Part shown: positions 38,768 through 48,202 of the stretch, piece after piece
How positions within the stretch are numbered: the first letter of the stretch is position 1
Layout: each line of letters begins with the position of its first letter
NCBI GenBank assembly: GCA_024275995.1
Contig: JAJRYB010000067.1
Span: 28,417-92,416, forward strand
Length of the DNA: 64,000 bases
Direction: 5' to 3'
Source of the DNA: Planctomycetota bacterium
Lineage (GTDB): Bacteria; Planctomycetota; Phycisphaerae; SM23-33
Notes under the pieces: generated by a model
What the model was told of the DNA's origin: nothing
The model's input: the letters and a program-made list of their open reading frames with translations, nothing else
The model's database searches: none
Program-made: the position numbers and the translations under genes

Positions 38768-38779
38768 GAGAAAGCTCCG

Positions 38780-39223
38780 TCATGCCCCGCCGAGCGTAAG
38801 CAGCTTTATCCCAAGTTCCGGATCTATCTTTCGCGAGGCGTTAACGCCTTCGATTTCGAAGATAATCGCCTCCAGAACGCAGAATACCGTCGCCCCGCCT
38901 CGCGGGCAGCCGACTATCGTTTCGTCACCACGTCCGATCGCTCCGTGCAGGTGCAGCAGCGGGCGAGTCTCGTCGCAGAAAATCGTCCCGACGGCGGCGA
39001 TTTCCCGCGCGTCGTCGAACTGCCTGAACATCGGCTTGATCGGACCGGTCGGGTTTTCGGGCCCGACGACGACCTTTCCGCTCCGCAGGCCGCCGACGAT
39101 AACGACGGCTGCGTTGCGAATACCCTCTTTCGCCGCGATGGACTCGATTTCAGCGTAGACGTCTTCGCCTTCGAAACCACGCGCGACGATCACTCGCCCG
39201 ACTTTTCCGATATCGTATTCCAT
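38780..39223 (-). CDS. PPC/DUF296 domain protein
   Basis: 147 aa with ..VVIVGGLRSG..GPENPTGPIKP..HLHGAIG. Resembles the PPC (plants-and-prokaryotes conserved) fold. Confidence 0.45.
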   Translation of the reverse strand: MEYDIGKVGRVIVARGFEGEDVYAEIESIAAKEGIRNAAVVIVGGLRSGKVVVGPENPTGPIKPMFRQFDDAREIAAVGTIFCDETRPLLHLHGAIGRGDETIVGCPRGGATVFCVLEAIIFEIEGVNASRKIDPELGIKLLTLGGA

Positions 39224-39415
39224 CGTTAATGCTCCCTTTGTCGTCTATAATCCCCGTTTCCCAGCGTGTTTCGCAAGGGGCAATCGCATTTGTGTTCTTT
39301 CGTAACCGCAGCGTTTCCATTGCGGACTATTGCAAAAACAGCCGAAAAAGCTATGATGCACGGCCCTGCACAGGCAGGGACCGCAAGAACGTTAACTCGA
39401 AAACAGGAGCCGGAA

Positions 39416-41872
39416 ATGGCGCTGGGATTTTTCCGTCGTCGTCAAAAAATGATGATCATCATCATGGTCGCCCTGATGGTGAGTTTCCTGGTCGGATACC
39501 AGGGTCTGAGCATGCTGTTCAGCAAAAAGCCCGGCGATGTTCTTGTCGGCAGAACCCGCCTGGGAGATCTCACGTACGGCCGGCAGAGCGCCGCCGACGC
39601 CGACCTGCGCTATCTCGACCAACTGGGCCTGATCGATCGCAACAAACCTTACGCTCCGGGTAAATTCGAGTACATTTTCTTTCGGGAAATGAACAGCCCG
39701 GGCGCCGCGATGCTTGGCTACGCGATGCTTCTGGATGAGGCGAAAGAGGCGGGGACCGTCGTTCTGAATTCCGAGGTCGACGCGTTTTTCGAGGCTATGG
39801 GACTAGCCGAAGGCAGCGCGGAATACGACGCCAAAATATCCGAGTTCCGCGAGAAGAGCATTCCCTCGAAATGGGTCCGTTCGGCGGTCGCACGCTGGCT
39901 GGCGGTGTACAAGACATACATGGAAGCGCAGGTGGACACACCCCCCTCCGAGCCGGAGGCGCTGCGGTACTACCGCGACGAGAACGAAAAGATCGGCCTT
40001 CGTGTCGTTCGTCTGGCGGCGAAGGATTTCGTCAAGGAGACGGACAACGTTACCGACGCCCAGATCGTCAAGCAGTTCAACACGTACCGGATGGATTTTC
40101 CCGGCATTCGGCCGGACATGCCCCTGGAGAAGTTCGCCTTCGGGTATCGCCAGCCCAACCGGGTGCAGATCGACTACCTGCTGCTCGCCCTGGAGCCTAT
40201 CGCCCGCGGCGTGCAGGTAACGGACGTCGAGGTAATGAATTACTGGAAGGAGAACAAGGGGCAGTTCGTCCGTCGCGAGGCGGTTTCCCGCCCGGCGAGT
40301 TCTTCCGCGCCGTCGACGCAGACCACGATGCCTGCCGAGCCCCCCACCGAGTATCGCACCGTCGTCATGAAGTTTTCCGAGGCGTACGAGCCTGCACTGG
40401 TGCGGGTGAAAATGCAAAAGGCCTCGCGGATCATCCAGGAAGTGCTCGCCCACGCCCAGCAGGTTCTCACCCGGATCGAGCAGGACACGTCGGGTTCGTC
40501 CCGGCCGCTCTATGAACGGGTGCGGGAGGCGATGTTCAGCGACGCGAAAAAACGCCTCGACAGGAAGGTGAAGGTCCGCATCGTAAGCCAGCCGCTCGAT
40601 CGGGCGATCGCCATTCTCGCCAAGACCTCCGGCGTGGGGATCTGCTTCCCATGGGGCGTGGAGGGAACGTGGAAACTCGCCGACCCCAAGAACGTGAAGG
40701 TCTCGCTGAAGGGCGACGAGATGACCCTCGGCGCCGCGTTGGAGAAAATCGTCCTCCAGATCAAGGGTTGGCCCAAGCTTTCGTGGTCGTCCTGCAAGGG
40801 GATCCGCAACCCGATGATCTTCCCGACCGGAGGCGTTGCAATGTTCCCCGTCGTCGCGGGACGAACGGACCTTCTCGGTTATCGGGAGCTCAGCCGGGAC
40901 GAAATACTGCGATCGAGCTATACCGCGCCGCGCAGTGGCAGGAGGCTTCCGGACGTAGCGTTCATGGCTGCGGAATTCGTAGGCGACGATCGCGCCCAGA
41001 TTCGCGCCGGCGAAAAGGGGCCGAAAATGTACGCTCGCGGGGACAGGCGGGGCATGCTTTTGTGGCGGCTGAGACAGGCCGTCGCGACGCACATACTGGA
41101 GGCGATCAATACCCCCGCCGCCCTCGACGAGAGGCTTCGCAAGCAGGTAACGGAAGATGCGAAAATTCTCGCGGGCTATGCCGCCGCGCTCAAGCGGGGC
41201 AAAGAATTGAAAAAAACCGCCTCGGACGTCGGGCTGGATAAGGCCGCCGATGCCGACAAGCTGGACAGCTTCGTTACCGGCCTGTTTTCGCGCAGGATAT
41301 CCGTGGGGCGATTGGCGCAGCATCTGCTGAGCGGGCAGATCGAACTTGAAGCGGGCCTGCCCAGCCTGCTTGCCGACACGGACGTTCGGGGTTCGATCGT
41401 CTCCACGCTCATCAACCTCGGCGTCGTTGGAAGCTTCTCCGTACCGGACGAGGTCATCACGGCACTTCTGGACAAGATCGAATTGCGGTTCCGGGTTTTC
41501 TACGCCCTGCTCATGGACCGTTCGGTAGCGTTGCGGACAGTTGGGGGAATCGTCCGGGGCGTCCCCCTTCCGACGCGCGCTGTCCGGGAGCACTTCATGA
41601 AGGCTGCGTTTTCGTTGGTTCCCCAAAACGTCGACCCGCCATATCCTGACAAACCGTACGCTCTGGCGGTGACACCATTACCGGCCAACAAGGAAATCAT
41701 CGTCATGCAGCGCGACGATTATCGCCCGATAGTTCGTGGCGAGTATGAATCTTCCGGACGTGCCCGGGCGATGCTGGCCCTTCGGTTTTCCCGTTGGAGC
41801 AGGTCCTCCAGCGCGTGGTTCCGCCTCTCGGCCATCGAAAAACGTCTCGGATTCATCCGCGAAGGGCAGTGA
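39416..41872 (+). CDS. Large membrane-anchored hypothetical protein (818 aa), possibly PpiD/SurA-N-like periplasmic chaperone
   Basis: AGGAG RBS, then MALGFFRRRQKMMIIIMVALMVSFLVGYQG, a single N-terminal TM like PpiD. No catalytic motif recognised. Confidence 0.35.
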   Translation: MALGFFRRRQKMMIIIMVALMVSFLVGYQGLSMLFSKKPGDVLVGRTRLGDLTYGRQSAADADLRYLDQLGLIDRNKPYAPGKFEYIFFREMNSPGAAMLGYAMLLDEAKEAGTVVLNSEVDAFFEAMGLAEGSAEYDAKISEFREKSIPSKWVRSAVARWLAVYKTYMEAQVDTPPSEPEALRYYRDENEKIGLRVVRLAAKDFVKETDNVTDAQIVKQFNTYRMDFPGIRPDMPLEKFAFGYRQPNRVQIDYLLLALEPIARGVQVTDVEVMNYWKENKGQFVRREAVSRPASSSAPSTQTTMPAEPPTEYRTVVMKFSEAYEPALVRVKMQKASRIIQEVLAHAQQVLTRIEQDTSGSSRPLYERVREAMFSDAKKRLDRKVKVRIVSQPLDRAIAILAKTSGVGICFPWGVEGTWKLADPKNVKVSLKGDEMTLGAALEKIVLQIKGWPKLSWSSCKGIRNPMIFPTGGVAMFPVVAGRTDLLGYRELSRDEILRSSYTAPRSGRRLPDVAFMAAEFVGDDRAQIRAGEKGPKMYARGDRRGMLLWRLRQAVATHILEAINTPAALDERLRKQVTEDAKILAGYAAALKRGKELKKTASDVGLDKAADADKLDSFVTGLFSRRISVGRLAQHLLSGQIELEAGLPSLLADTDVRGSIVSTLINLGVVGSFSVPDEVITALLDKIELRFRVFYALLMDRSVALRTVGGIVRGVPLPTRAVREHFMKAAFSLVPQNVDPPYPDKPYALAVTPLPANKEIIVMQRDDYRPIVRGEYESSGRARAMLALRFSRWSRSSSAWFRLSAIEKRLGFIREGQ

Positions 41873-41929
41873 TTCATTTGCAGGCCGGCTCTTGACGTGC
41901 GACGAAGATACGATAGATTAGCTAGTAGC

Positions 41930-42002
41930 GGGTAGGTAGCTCAGTTGGTAGAGCACATGACTGAAAATCATGGTGTCGGCGGTTCGATCCCGCCCCTACC
42001 CA
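41930..42002 (+). tRNA. tRNA-Phe (GAA)
   Basis: Acceptor GGGTAGG/CCTACCC, D-arm GCTCAGTTGGTAGAGC, anticodon loop CTGAAAA, T-arm GGCGGTTCGATCCCGCC, discriminator A. Confidence 0.9.
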
Positions 42003-42117
42003 TCCTGTGAAGCTCGCGTTGTTTGCCAGCGAAGGAGGGCTTTTCCGCCAAGAGCTTTCTAAACAGCCCCATTCCCCCCCGCTTGAGAGTAAGGCTTCGG
42101 GGTGATAGCATGTTTCC

Positions 42118-43506
42118 ATGCCCAAGCGAAACCTGATCTGGATTCTCGCCATCGTCGCAGCCGCCGTGGTTACCGTGTGGGTCGCCCGCACGCCGCCGCC
42201 GGTTGTCAGCGACCCGGACCAGGCGCGTTTTCGTTCCGTCGTGTGGACGTTCCGGAAGATCAGGGACAACTACTATCGGGACGTGTCGCCGGAGAGTCTC
42301 CGTCGCGGCGCCGTCAACGGAATGATCGGCGCGCTCGACGAGTTCTCCTCGTACGTTTCTCCCGACCGGGTCGAGGCGTTCCTGCATCGCATCGCGGGCG
42401 ATCAGCGGGGAATCGGACTGCGCCTGCGAAAAATTCCGGATGTCGGACTGGTGGTCATCGGACCGCTGGTCGGTTCACCGGCGCACAAGGCGGGAATAGT
42501 CCGCGGCGATAAACTTTTGCGCATCGACGGCTGGAATACGCAAGGGGCTTCCATGCGGGAAGTCCGTCGGCGCCTTCGCGGGAAGATCGGCACCGTCGTT
42601 ACGCTCGATATCATGCGCGCCGACGGGAAGGTAGAGAGCATCACCCTGCGTCGCACGGAGTTCGTTATCGAGACGGTCCGGGGGCTGTATCGAAACGCCG
42701 AGGGCAAGTGGGTCTGGACGATCGACGAATCCGGGCGGATCGCGTACGTTCGAATCCGCGAATTCACGAAACTCACCGCCCGGCAGTTTCGCCAGGCGCA
42801 GAGGCAAATGGGTTCGCCGAGAGGAATCATACTCGACCTGCGCGATAATCCCGGCGGGCTGCTGACCTCGGCAATCGAAATCAGCGATATGTTCCTGCGC
42901 GACGGGATAATCGTGGAAGCTCTCAGCCGGACCGGGGGACGCCGTGTGTACCGCGCCAACCGGGCAGGCACGTTCCCGCAGAATGTCCCGATGATCGTGC
43001 TGATCAACGAACGGACGGCCTCGGCTGCGGAAATCGTCGCCGGCGCGCTCAGCGTTAACCATCGAGCTGTCGTCGTCGGTACGCGAAGCCGTGGAAAAGG
43101 ATGTATCCAGAGCATCATTCCGCTCCCGGAGAAGCTCGGACAGATGAACCTGACGACGAAGATTTTTCTGCTCGGATCGAAACGTCCGATCAGCCGGCTT
43201 CCGGGCAGCGATATATGGGGCGTCGATCCGCACGTACAGGTCGTGCTCTCTCCCGTCGCACAGGCGACTCTTCGCGACCTTTGGCGGAAAACGGAGGTCG
43301 CCGCGCCTCCGATGCCGACCACCGCCCCGACCAGGCCGGCAGCCGGGGACGCGAAAAAGTTCCTGGAACTCGACGACCCGCTGGCCTACGCAGTAAACCT
43401 GCTGGACAAACCCAGCGAGATACGGAAAATTCTCGATCATGCACGCCAGGTCGCCGAAGCAAAGGCTCGCGCCCAAAGCATCGCAGGCACCGAGGACAAT
43501 GACTGA
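42118..43506 (+). CDS. ctp: Carboxyl-terminal processing protease (peptidase S41) with PDZ domain
   Basis: Signal anchor, PDZ (GLVVIGPLVGSPAHKAGIVRGDKLLRIDG), and S41 core NERTASAAEIVAGAL. Confidence 0.85.
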   Translation: MPKRNLIWILAIVAAAVVTVWVARTPPPVVSDPDQARFRSVVWTFRKIRDNYYRDVSPESLRRGAVNGMIGALDEFSSYVSPDRVEAFLHRIAGDQRGIGLRLRKIPDVGLVVIGPLVGSPAHKAGIVRGDKLLRIDGWNTQGASMREVRRRLRGKIGTVVTLDIMRADGKVESITLRRTEFVIETVRGLYRNAEGKWVWTIDESGRIAYVRIREFTKLTARQFRQAQRQMGSPRGIILDLRDNPGGLLTSAIEISDMFLRDGIIVEALSRTGGRRVYRANRAGTFPQNVPMIVLINERTASAAEIVAGALSVNHRAVVVGTRSRGKGCIQSIIPLPEKLGQMNLTTKIFLLGSKRPISRLPGSDIWGVDPHVQVVLSPVAQATLRDLWRKTEVAAPPMPTTAPTRPAAGDAKKFLELDDPLAYAVNLLDKPSEIRKILDHARQVAEAKARAQSIAGTEDND

Positions 43507-44596
43507 ATCCGCCCTTATCTTCGGCGTCGAGTCCAGCTGCGACGAAACGAGCTGCGCCGTCGTCGCTGATGGTCGGCGAGTGCTGTCCAACGTGGTGTCC
43601 AGCCAGATCGACCTGCACGCACGGTTCGGCGGCGTCGTCCCCGAACTCGCGTCACGGGCGCATATCGAGGCGATAAACACCGTTATCGAACGGGCGATGA
43701 ACCAGGCAAACGTCTCGCCCGATCAAATCGACGCCGTCGCCGTGACCTGCCAGCCGGGACTGATCGGCTCGCTCCTGGTCGGACTGATGGCCGCCAAAAC
43801 GCTCGCATGGACATGGGGCGTTCCGCTCATCGGGGTCAACCACGTTTACGCGCACGCCTATTCGCCGGCGCTGGACGCCGAACCCGTCGAGTACCCCGCG
43901 GCAGCGCTTATATGCAGCGGTGGGCACACCGCGCTGTATCGATGCGACTCGCCGAGGGACCTGGAGCTTCTGGGAAGCACGATCGACGACGCAGCCGGCG
44001 AGGTCTTCGATAAGGTCGCCTGTATCCTGAACCTGGGATATCCGGGAGGACCGGTGATAGATCGCGTCGCGGGAAACGGCGATCCGGCGCTGCTCGATTT
44101 TCCGCGATCGCTCCTGAAAGGCGACTCGCTGGACTTTTCGTTCAGCGGACTCAAGACGGCGGTGCTGTATCACGTCAACGGCCAGCCCGGAGGTTCGCGA
44201 AAGCCCCGCCGACGAAAAACCGGACCACACGCTCTGCGGCAGGCAGCCCAGAGCGGCGCCGGACACGGAATCGAGCATTTCACGGAGCAGGAAATTGCGG
44301 ACGTAGCGGCGAGTTTCCAGCAGGCGGTCGTGGAGGTGCTATGCGTCAAGTTGCGGCGTGCAGCCAAGCAAATCGCCGCCAGAACGATGATCGTTGGAGG
44401 GGGCGTATCGGCGAATTCCGCGTTGAGAAACGCCTTGCAGGTAGAGGCGGACAAACTCGGCTGCGGGCTGCGAATGCCGCCGCTGAGCTATTGCGTGGAT
44501 AACGCCGCTATGATCGCAGGACTCGGCTTCCACTACTTCCAGGCAGGAAAGATAGACGCCTACGACCTTCCGGCACGAGCGACAGTTCGACGCTGA
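43499..44596 (+). CDS. tsaD: tRNA N6-adenosine threonylcarbamoyltransferase TsaD
   Basis: LIFGVESSCDETSCAVV, GVNHVYAHA and GGVSANSALR motifs. Contains a ~20-aa basic insertion relative to E. coli. Start overlaps the ctp stop. Confidence 0.9.
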   Translation: MTESALIFGVESSCDETSCAVVADGRRVLSNVVSSQIDLHARFGGVVPELASRAHIEAINTVIERAMNQANVSPDQIDAVAVTCQPGLIGSLLVGLMAAKTLAWTWGVPLIGVNHVYAHAYSPALDAEPVEYPAAALICSGGHTALYRCDSPRDLELLGSTIDDAAGEVFDKVACILNLGYPGGPVIDRVAGNGDPALLDFPRSLLKGDSLDFSFSGLKTAVLYHVNGQPGGSRKPRRRKTGPHALRQAAQSGAGHGIEHFTEQEIADVAASFQQAVVEVLCVKLRRAAKQIAARTMIVGGGVSANSALRNALQVEADKLGCGLRMPPLSYCVDNAAMIAGLGFHYFQAGKIDAYDLPARATVRR

Positions 44597-44622
44597 GAGA
44601 CAATTACCTGTATAATACCGCC

Positions 44623-44688
44623 ATGAATGAAGATGTCTTCAAAGACCTCCTGGACTCGCTCTGCAGCGGCGAGGTGAGCAACGATTGA
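44623..44688 (+). CDS. 21-codon upstream mini-ORF duplicating the larB 5' end (possible leader peptide or remnant)
   Basis: MNEDVFKDLLDSLCSGEVSND* versus LarB MNEDALRDLLESLRNGTASVDD. The first 15 nt are identical. Preceded by a perfect TATAAT (44610..44615) and followed by an A11 tract (44693..44703). Confidence 0.3.
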   Translation: MNEDVFKDLLDSLCSGEVSND

Positions 44689-44707
44689 CTGTAAAAAAAA
44701 AAACGCC

Positions 44708-45463
44708 ATGAATGAAGATGCCCTGAGAGACCTCCTGGAATCGCTTCGCAACGGAACCGCAAGCGTGGACGACGCCCTTGAATCGCTGCGGCGATTGCCA
44801 TTCGAGCAGATGGACTTCGCCACGGTCGATCACCATCGTGCGATTCGCTGCGGCTTCCCGGAAGTGATCTACTGCCCCTCGAAGACGCCTGAACAGGTCG
44901 TGGCGATTTTCCGATCGCTTGCGAGCGGAGGGGGAAACGTGCTGGCGACCCGCGCCGGGGAGGATGTTTACGATGCCGTCCTCGCCGAGCTGCCCGACGC
45001 CGAGTATCACACACCCGCCAGCGCGATAACGCTGCGACAGGTGGACAGTTCCAGGGCGGTCGGACACGTAGCCGTCGTCTCGGCGGGAACCAGCGATATG
45101 TCCGTAGCGGACGAAGCGCGCGTGACGGCGGAGATTATGGACGCGCATGTCACCACGCATTACGACGTGGGCGTCGCGGGACTGCACCGGCTGCTGGCGC
45201 ACGGCGAACAGTTGCAATCGGCAAACGCCATCGTCGTCGTCGCCGGAATGGAAGGCGCGCTGGCGAGCGTAGTGGGCGGGCTGGTGAGCGTTCCGGTGCT
45301 TGCGGTGCCTACCTCGGTGGGATACGGCGCGAGCTTCCACGGGTTGGCGGCGCTTCTGGCTATGCTCAACAGCTGCGCGTCGAACGTGAGCGTGGTGAAT
45401 ATCGACAATGGATTCGCCGGCGGGTATATCGCGGCGATGATCAACCGGCAGGCAGCGAAATGA
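44708..45463 (+). CDS. larB: Nickel-pincer cofactor biosynthesis protein LarB (PurE-like carboxylase/hydrolase)
   Basis: The N-terminal helix (..LLESLRNGTASVDDALESLRRLPFEQMDFATVDHHRAIRCGFPEVIY) matches the LarB-specific N-terminus. PurE-like core with GMEGALASVVGG. Confidence 0.75.
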   Translation: MNEDALRDLLESLRNGTASVDDALESLRRLPFEQMDFATVDHHRAIRCGFPEVIYCPSKTPEQVVAIFRSLASGGGNVLATRAGEDVYDAVLAELPDAEYHTPASAITLRQVDSSRAVGHVAVVSAGTSDMSVADEARVTAEIMDAHVTTHYDVGVAGLHRLLAHGEQLQSANAIVVVAGMEGALASVVGGLVSVPVLAVPTSVGYGASFHGLAALLAMLNSCASNVSVVNIDNGFAGGYIAAMINRQAAK

Positions 45464-46338
45464 ACGCCGAGAAAGTGACATCGCTTCCGAAACTTCCCTC
45501 ACGCGAACCCGACGCGCACAAGGGCGACTTCGGACGCGTACTTGTGGTGGGCGGATCGCGCGGAATGATCGGAGCGCCTTCGCTGGCTGCCAACGCAGCC
45601 TTGCGCAGCGGAGCGGGGCTGGTAACCGTCGCCGCACCGCGGGACGTACAGTTGTTCGTCGCGACGCTCTGTCCGTGCGCAACGTCGATTCCGCTGTCCT
45701 GCGGGGAAACGGGCGATCCCGTCGCCGGCGCCGTCCGAGAAATGCTCGATGCCGCGAAACGCTGCGACGTATTGGCCGCCGGGTGCGGAATGGGCGCGGG
45801 GGTCGCGCAGGAAAATCTCATCCGCGCGGCGATCGGGCAGGAACGTCCTCTCGTTCTGGACGCCGACGGATTGAACAACCTCGCGAAGATCGACGATTGG
45901 CCGTCCTTGCGACGATGCCCGCTGGTTCTTACGCCGCACGTCGGCGAATTCGCACGCCTCACGCGCCGCCCCGTCGCCCGAATACAGGCGGACCGCGCCT
46001 CGGCGGCAATCGACGCTGCCGGGCAATGGACCGTCGGCGAACCGCCGCCGGTCGTTGTCCTGAAGGGCGCCGCAACGGTCGTCACGGACGGAAAACGCAT
46101 CTTCGTGAACGATACGGGCAATCCGGGGATGGCGACCGGTGGAAGCGGCGACGTGCTGACGGGGCTTCTCGCGGCGATAATCGGACAGGGACTTTCGCCG
46201 TTCGAGGCTGCGTGCCTGGCTGTCAACGTTCATGGCCGCTCCGGCGACCTTGCCGCCGAAGCGCTGGGCGAAACGTCGCTGATCGCCACCGACCTGCTCG
46301 ATTATCTCCCGGCGGCTCTAAAACAGCGGTCCTCATGA
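45460..46338 (+). CDS. nnrD: ADP-dependent NAD(P)H-hydrate dehydratase (YjeF C-terminal domain)
   Basis: GDFGRVLVVGGSRGMIGAPSLAANAALRSGAGLV, TPHVGEF and GNPGMATGGSGDVLTG motifs. ATGA overlap with larB. Confidence 0.88.
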   Translation: MNAEKVTSLPKLPSREPDAHKGDFGRVLVVGGSRGMIGAPSLAANAALRSGAGLVTVAAPRDVQLFVATLCPCATSIPLSCGETGDPVAGAVREMLDAAKRCDVLAAGCGMGAGVAQENLIRAAIGQERPLVLDADGLNNLAKIDDWPSLRRCPLVLTPHVGEFARLTRRPVARIQADRASAAIDAAGQWTVGEPPPVVVLKGAATVVTDGKRIFVNDTGNPGMATGGSGDVLTGLLAAIIGQGLSPFEAACLAVNVHGRSGDLAAEALGETSLIATDLLDYLPAALKQRSS

Positions 46339-47192
46339 AACGAATCACGGTAATCCTGGTAATCGCCGCCTCGCTTCTGGGCTGCAACGAGGGGAAGCCT
46401 TCTCGCGGCGACGCGCCCAGGCCACGGATCGTAAGTTTCTCGCCCGCCCTTACGGACATGCTTTACGATATGGGCCTGGGCGATCACGTCGTCGGCGTGA
46501 CCACCTATTGCATGCCGCCCGGAAACAACCCGCCCCCCGCGGTCGGTAACCGTTTCAAGGTCAGCGCCGAGGCGATTCTCTCGGTCTCGCCGGACGTTAT
46601 CCTTTCGCAGCAGAACCCCGACGACTTCGCCGCCGTTGGGAAGATCGACCCGGACGTGAAAGTCCAGTTCGTCCGGATGGAGACGTTTAAGGACATCGCC
46701 GAGACCATCGAGCGTCTCGGACGGATCACCGGACGGGACGAAATCGGCAGGCAGCGCAAGTGGGCGTTTCTCGAAAGGCTTGAGAGGGTAGCGGCGCGCG
46801 TGAAAGGCAGGCCGCGCCCCAGGACGCTGTTCGTGATGGGTTACGAGAGGCCCTCGACCGGAGGGAGCGGAACGTTCATCGACGACATGATTCGCACTGC
46901 AGGCGGTATCGACGCCGCGACGGACCGCGGATACTCCGGCTGGAAAATGCTGAACCGCGAGAACATTCTCGCGATGAGGCCGGATGTTCTCATCTGCCAG
47001 GTATCCGACGGGCAGGAACCAGCCGCCCGGAAATACTGGCGAACGCTGGGCGACCTTCCGGCAGTGCAGCAGGGGCGGGTGTTCATCGTGACGGATCGCC
47101 GATGGACGATCCCCTCGATACGATCGGCGCAGTACGCTGGGAAACTCGCCGAAATGATTCACCCGGACGAACCTGGAAGGTCGGGTCGATGA
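46335..47192 (+). CDS. ABC transporter periplasmic substrate-binding lipoprotein, BtuF/FecB (cluster A, class 8) type
   Basis: Lipobox LLGC. The MGLGDHVVGVT..C...P motif is typical of BtuF/haem/siderophore binding proteins. Start at MKRITVIL (46335), overlapping the nnrD stop. Confidence 0.8.
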   Translation: MKRITVILVIAASLLGCNEGKPSRGDAPRPRIVSFSPALTDMLYDMGLGDHVVGVTTYCMPPGNNPPPAVGNRFKVSAEAILSVSPDVILSQQNPDDFAAVGKIDPDVKVQFVRMETFKDIAETIERLGRITGRDEIGRQRKWAFLERLERVAARVKGRPRPRTLFVMGYERPSTGGSGTFIDDMIRTAGGIDAATDRGYSGWKMLNRENILAMRPDVLICQVSDGQEPAARKYWRTLGDLPAVQQGRVFIVTDRRWTIPSIRSAQYAGKLAEMIHPDEPGRSGR

Positions 47193-48202
47193 CGGACAGC
47201 CCCGCGATACCCGCCAGGCACCTGACGGGCCGCCGCCTGGTGATACTCCTGGCGATTCTCGCGGGCGCAGCAATCGCCGTCGCCCTGGCGTGCAGCCTGC
47301 TGGGCGAGTATCGCCTGATGTGGAGCACCTGGCAGGCGAGGATGCTGCGATTGACGGCGGCGGCGATCGTAGGCGCGGCGCTCGCCTCGGCGGGAGTAGC
47401 GCTCCAGGGCCTGCTGCGGAATCCCCTCGCCGAGCCGTTCGTGCTGGGAATATCCAGCGGCGCCGGGGTCGGCGTGCTTCTGGGTTTCGCAGCCGCCGGA
47501 TGGGTCGCCCTTCCCGGATGGGCGACGACGCCCCTGCTGGCGCTGATCGGGGCGCTCCTTACCTGCCTGCTGGTCTACTCGATAGCGCAGCGGCACGGCA
47601 GGCTGGACCCGTTCGTACTGCTGCTTTCGGGCGTCATAGTAAACGCGTTCAACGGCGCGATCATGCTGGGCATATTCCTCCTGGTCCCTCCGCGGACGAT
47701 TTCCAGCTTCACCATGTGGGCGATGGGCGGAATATCCGAAAATATCGCCATCGCCGAGACCGGGTTCATGCTGACCTGCGGGGGGGCGGTACTGGCCGGC
47801 TGGGCGATGCTGCTGCTTCGCGGCGCGGCGTTCAACACGCTGGGACTGGGCGACGAGGTCGCCCTGTCCACCGGAGTCTCGGTGCATCGCCTGCGCATGG
47901 AAACGTTCGTAATCGTCGCCATGATGACCGCGGCGGCGGTTGCCCTGGCCGGTCCCATCGGTTTCGTCGGGCTTATCGTGCCGCACATCTGCCGCCTGAT
48001 CGTCGGTCCCGATCACCGGAAGCTGGCGATAGTCGGAGGATTCGCCGGCGCGATGTTCCTGATGATCGCCGACACGCTCTGCCGGTTGGCGGGCAGCTGG
48101 CTGCGAATCGGCGAGGTCCCGGTGGGTATCGTAACCGCCCTGTCCGGAGGGCCTTTCTTCATCTTCCTGCTGCGGAGACGATTCCGGGAGGTCTCGCCGT
48201 GA
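47189..48202 (+). CDS. FecCD/BtuC-family ABC permease
   Basis: About 10 TM segments. GISSGAGVGV and LSGGPFFIFLL motifs. Start at the ATG at 47189, overlapping the upstream stop. Confidence 0.85.
   Translation: MTDSPAIPARHLTGRRLVILLAILAGAAIAVALACSLLGEYRLMWSTWQARMLRLTAAAIVGAALASAGVALQGLLRNPLAEPFVLGISSGAGVGVLLGFAAAGWVALPGWATTPLLALIGALLTCLLVYSIAQRHGRLDPFVLLLSGVIVNAFNGAIMLGIFLLVPPRTISSFTMWAMGGISENIAIAETGFMLTCGGAVLAGWAMLLLRGAAFNTLGLGDEVALSTGVSVHRLRMETFVIVAMMTAAAVALAGPIGFVGLIVPHICRLIVGPDHRKLAIVGGFAGAMFLMIADTLCRLAGSWLRIGEVPVGIVTALSGGPFFIFLLRRRFREVSP

Noticed and set aside
41872-42118. Integrase, att site or mobile element at tRNA-Phe, and likewise at tRNA-Ser
   Set aside because: No integrase, transposase or direct-repeat att duplication was found adjacent to either tRNA.
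45675-47192. 505-aa ORF
   Set aside because: Its 5' two-thirds is an Arg-rich alternate frame over nnrD. The real binding protein starts at MKRITVIL (46335) with a lipobox.
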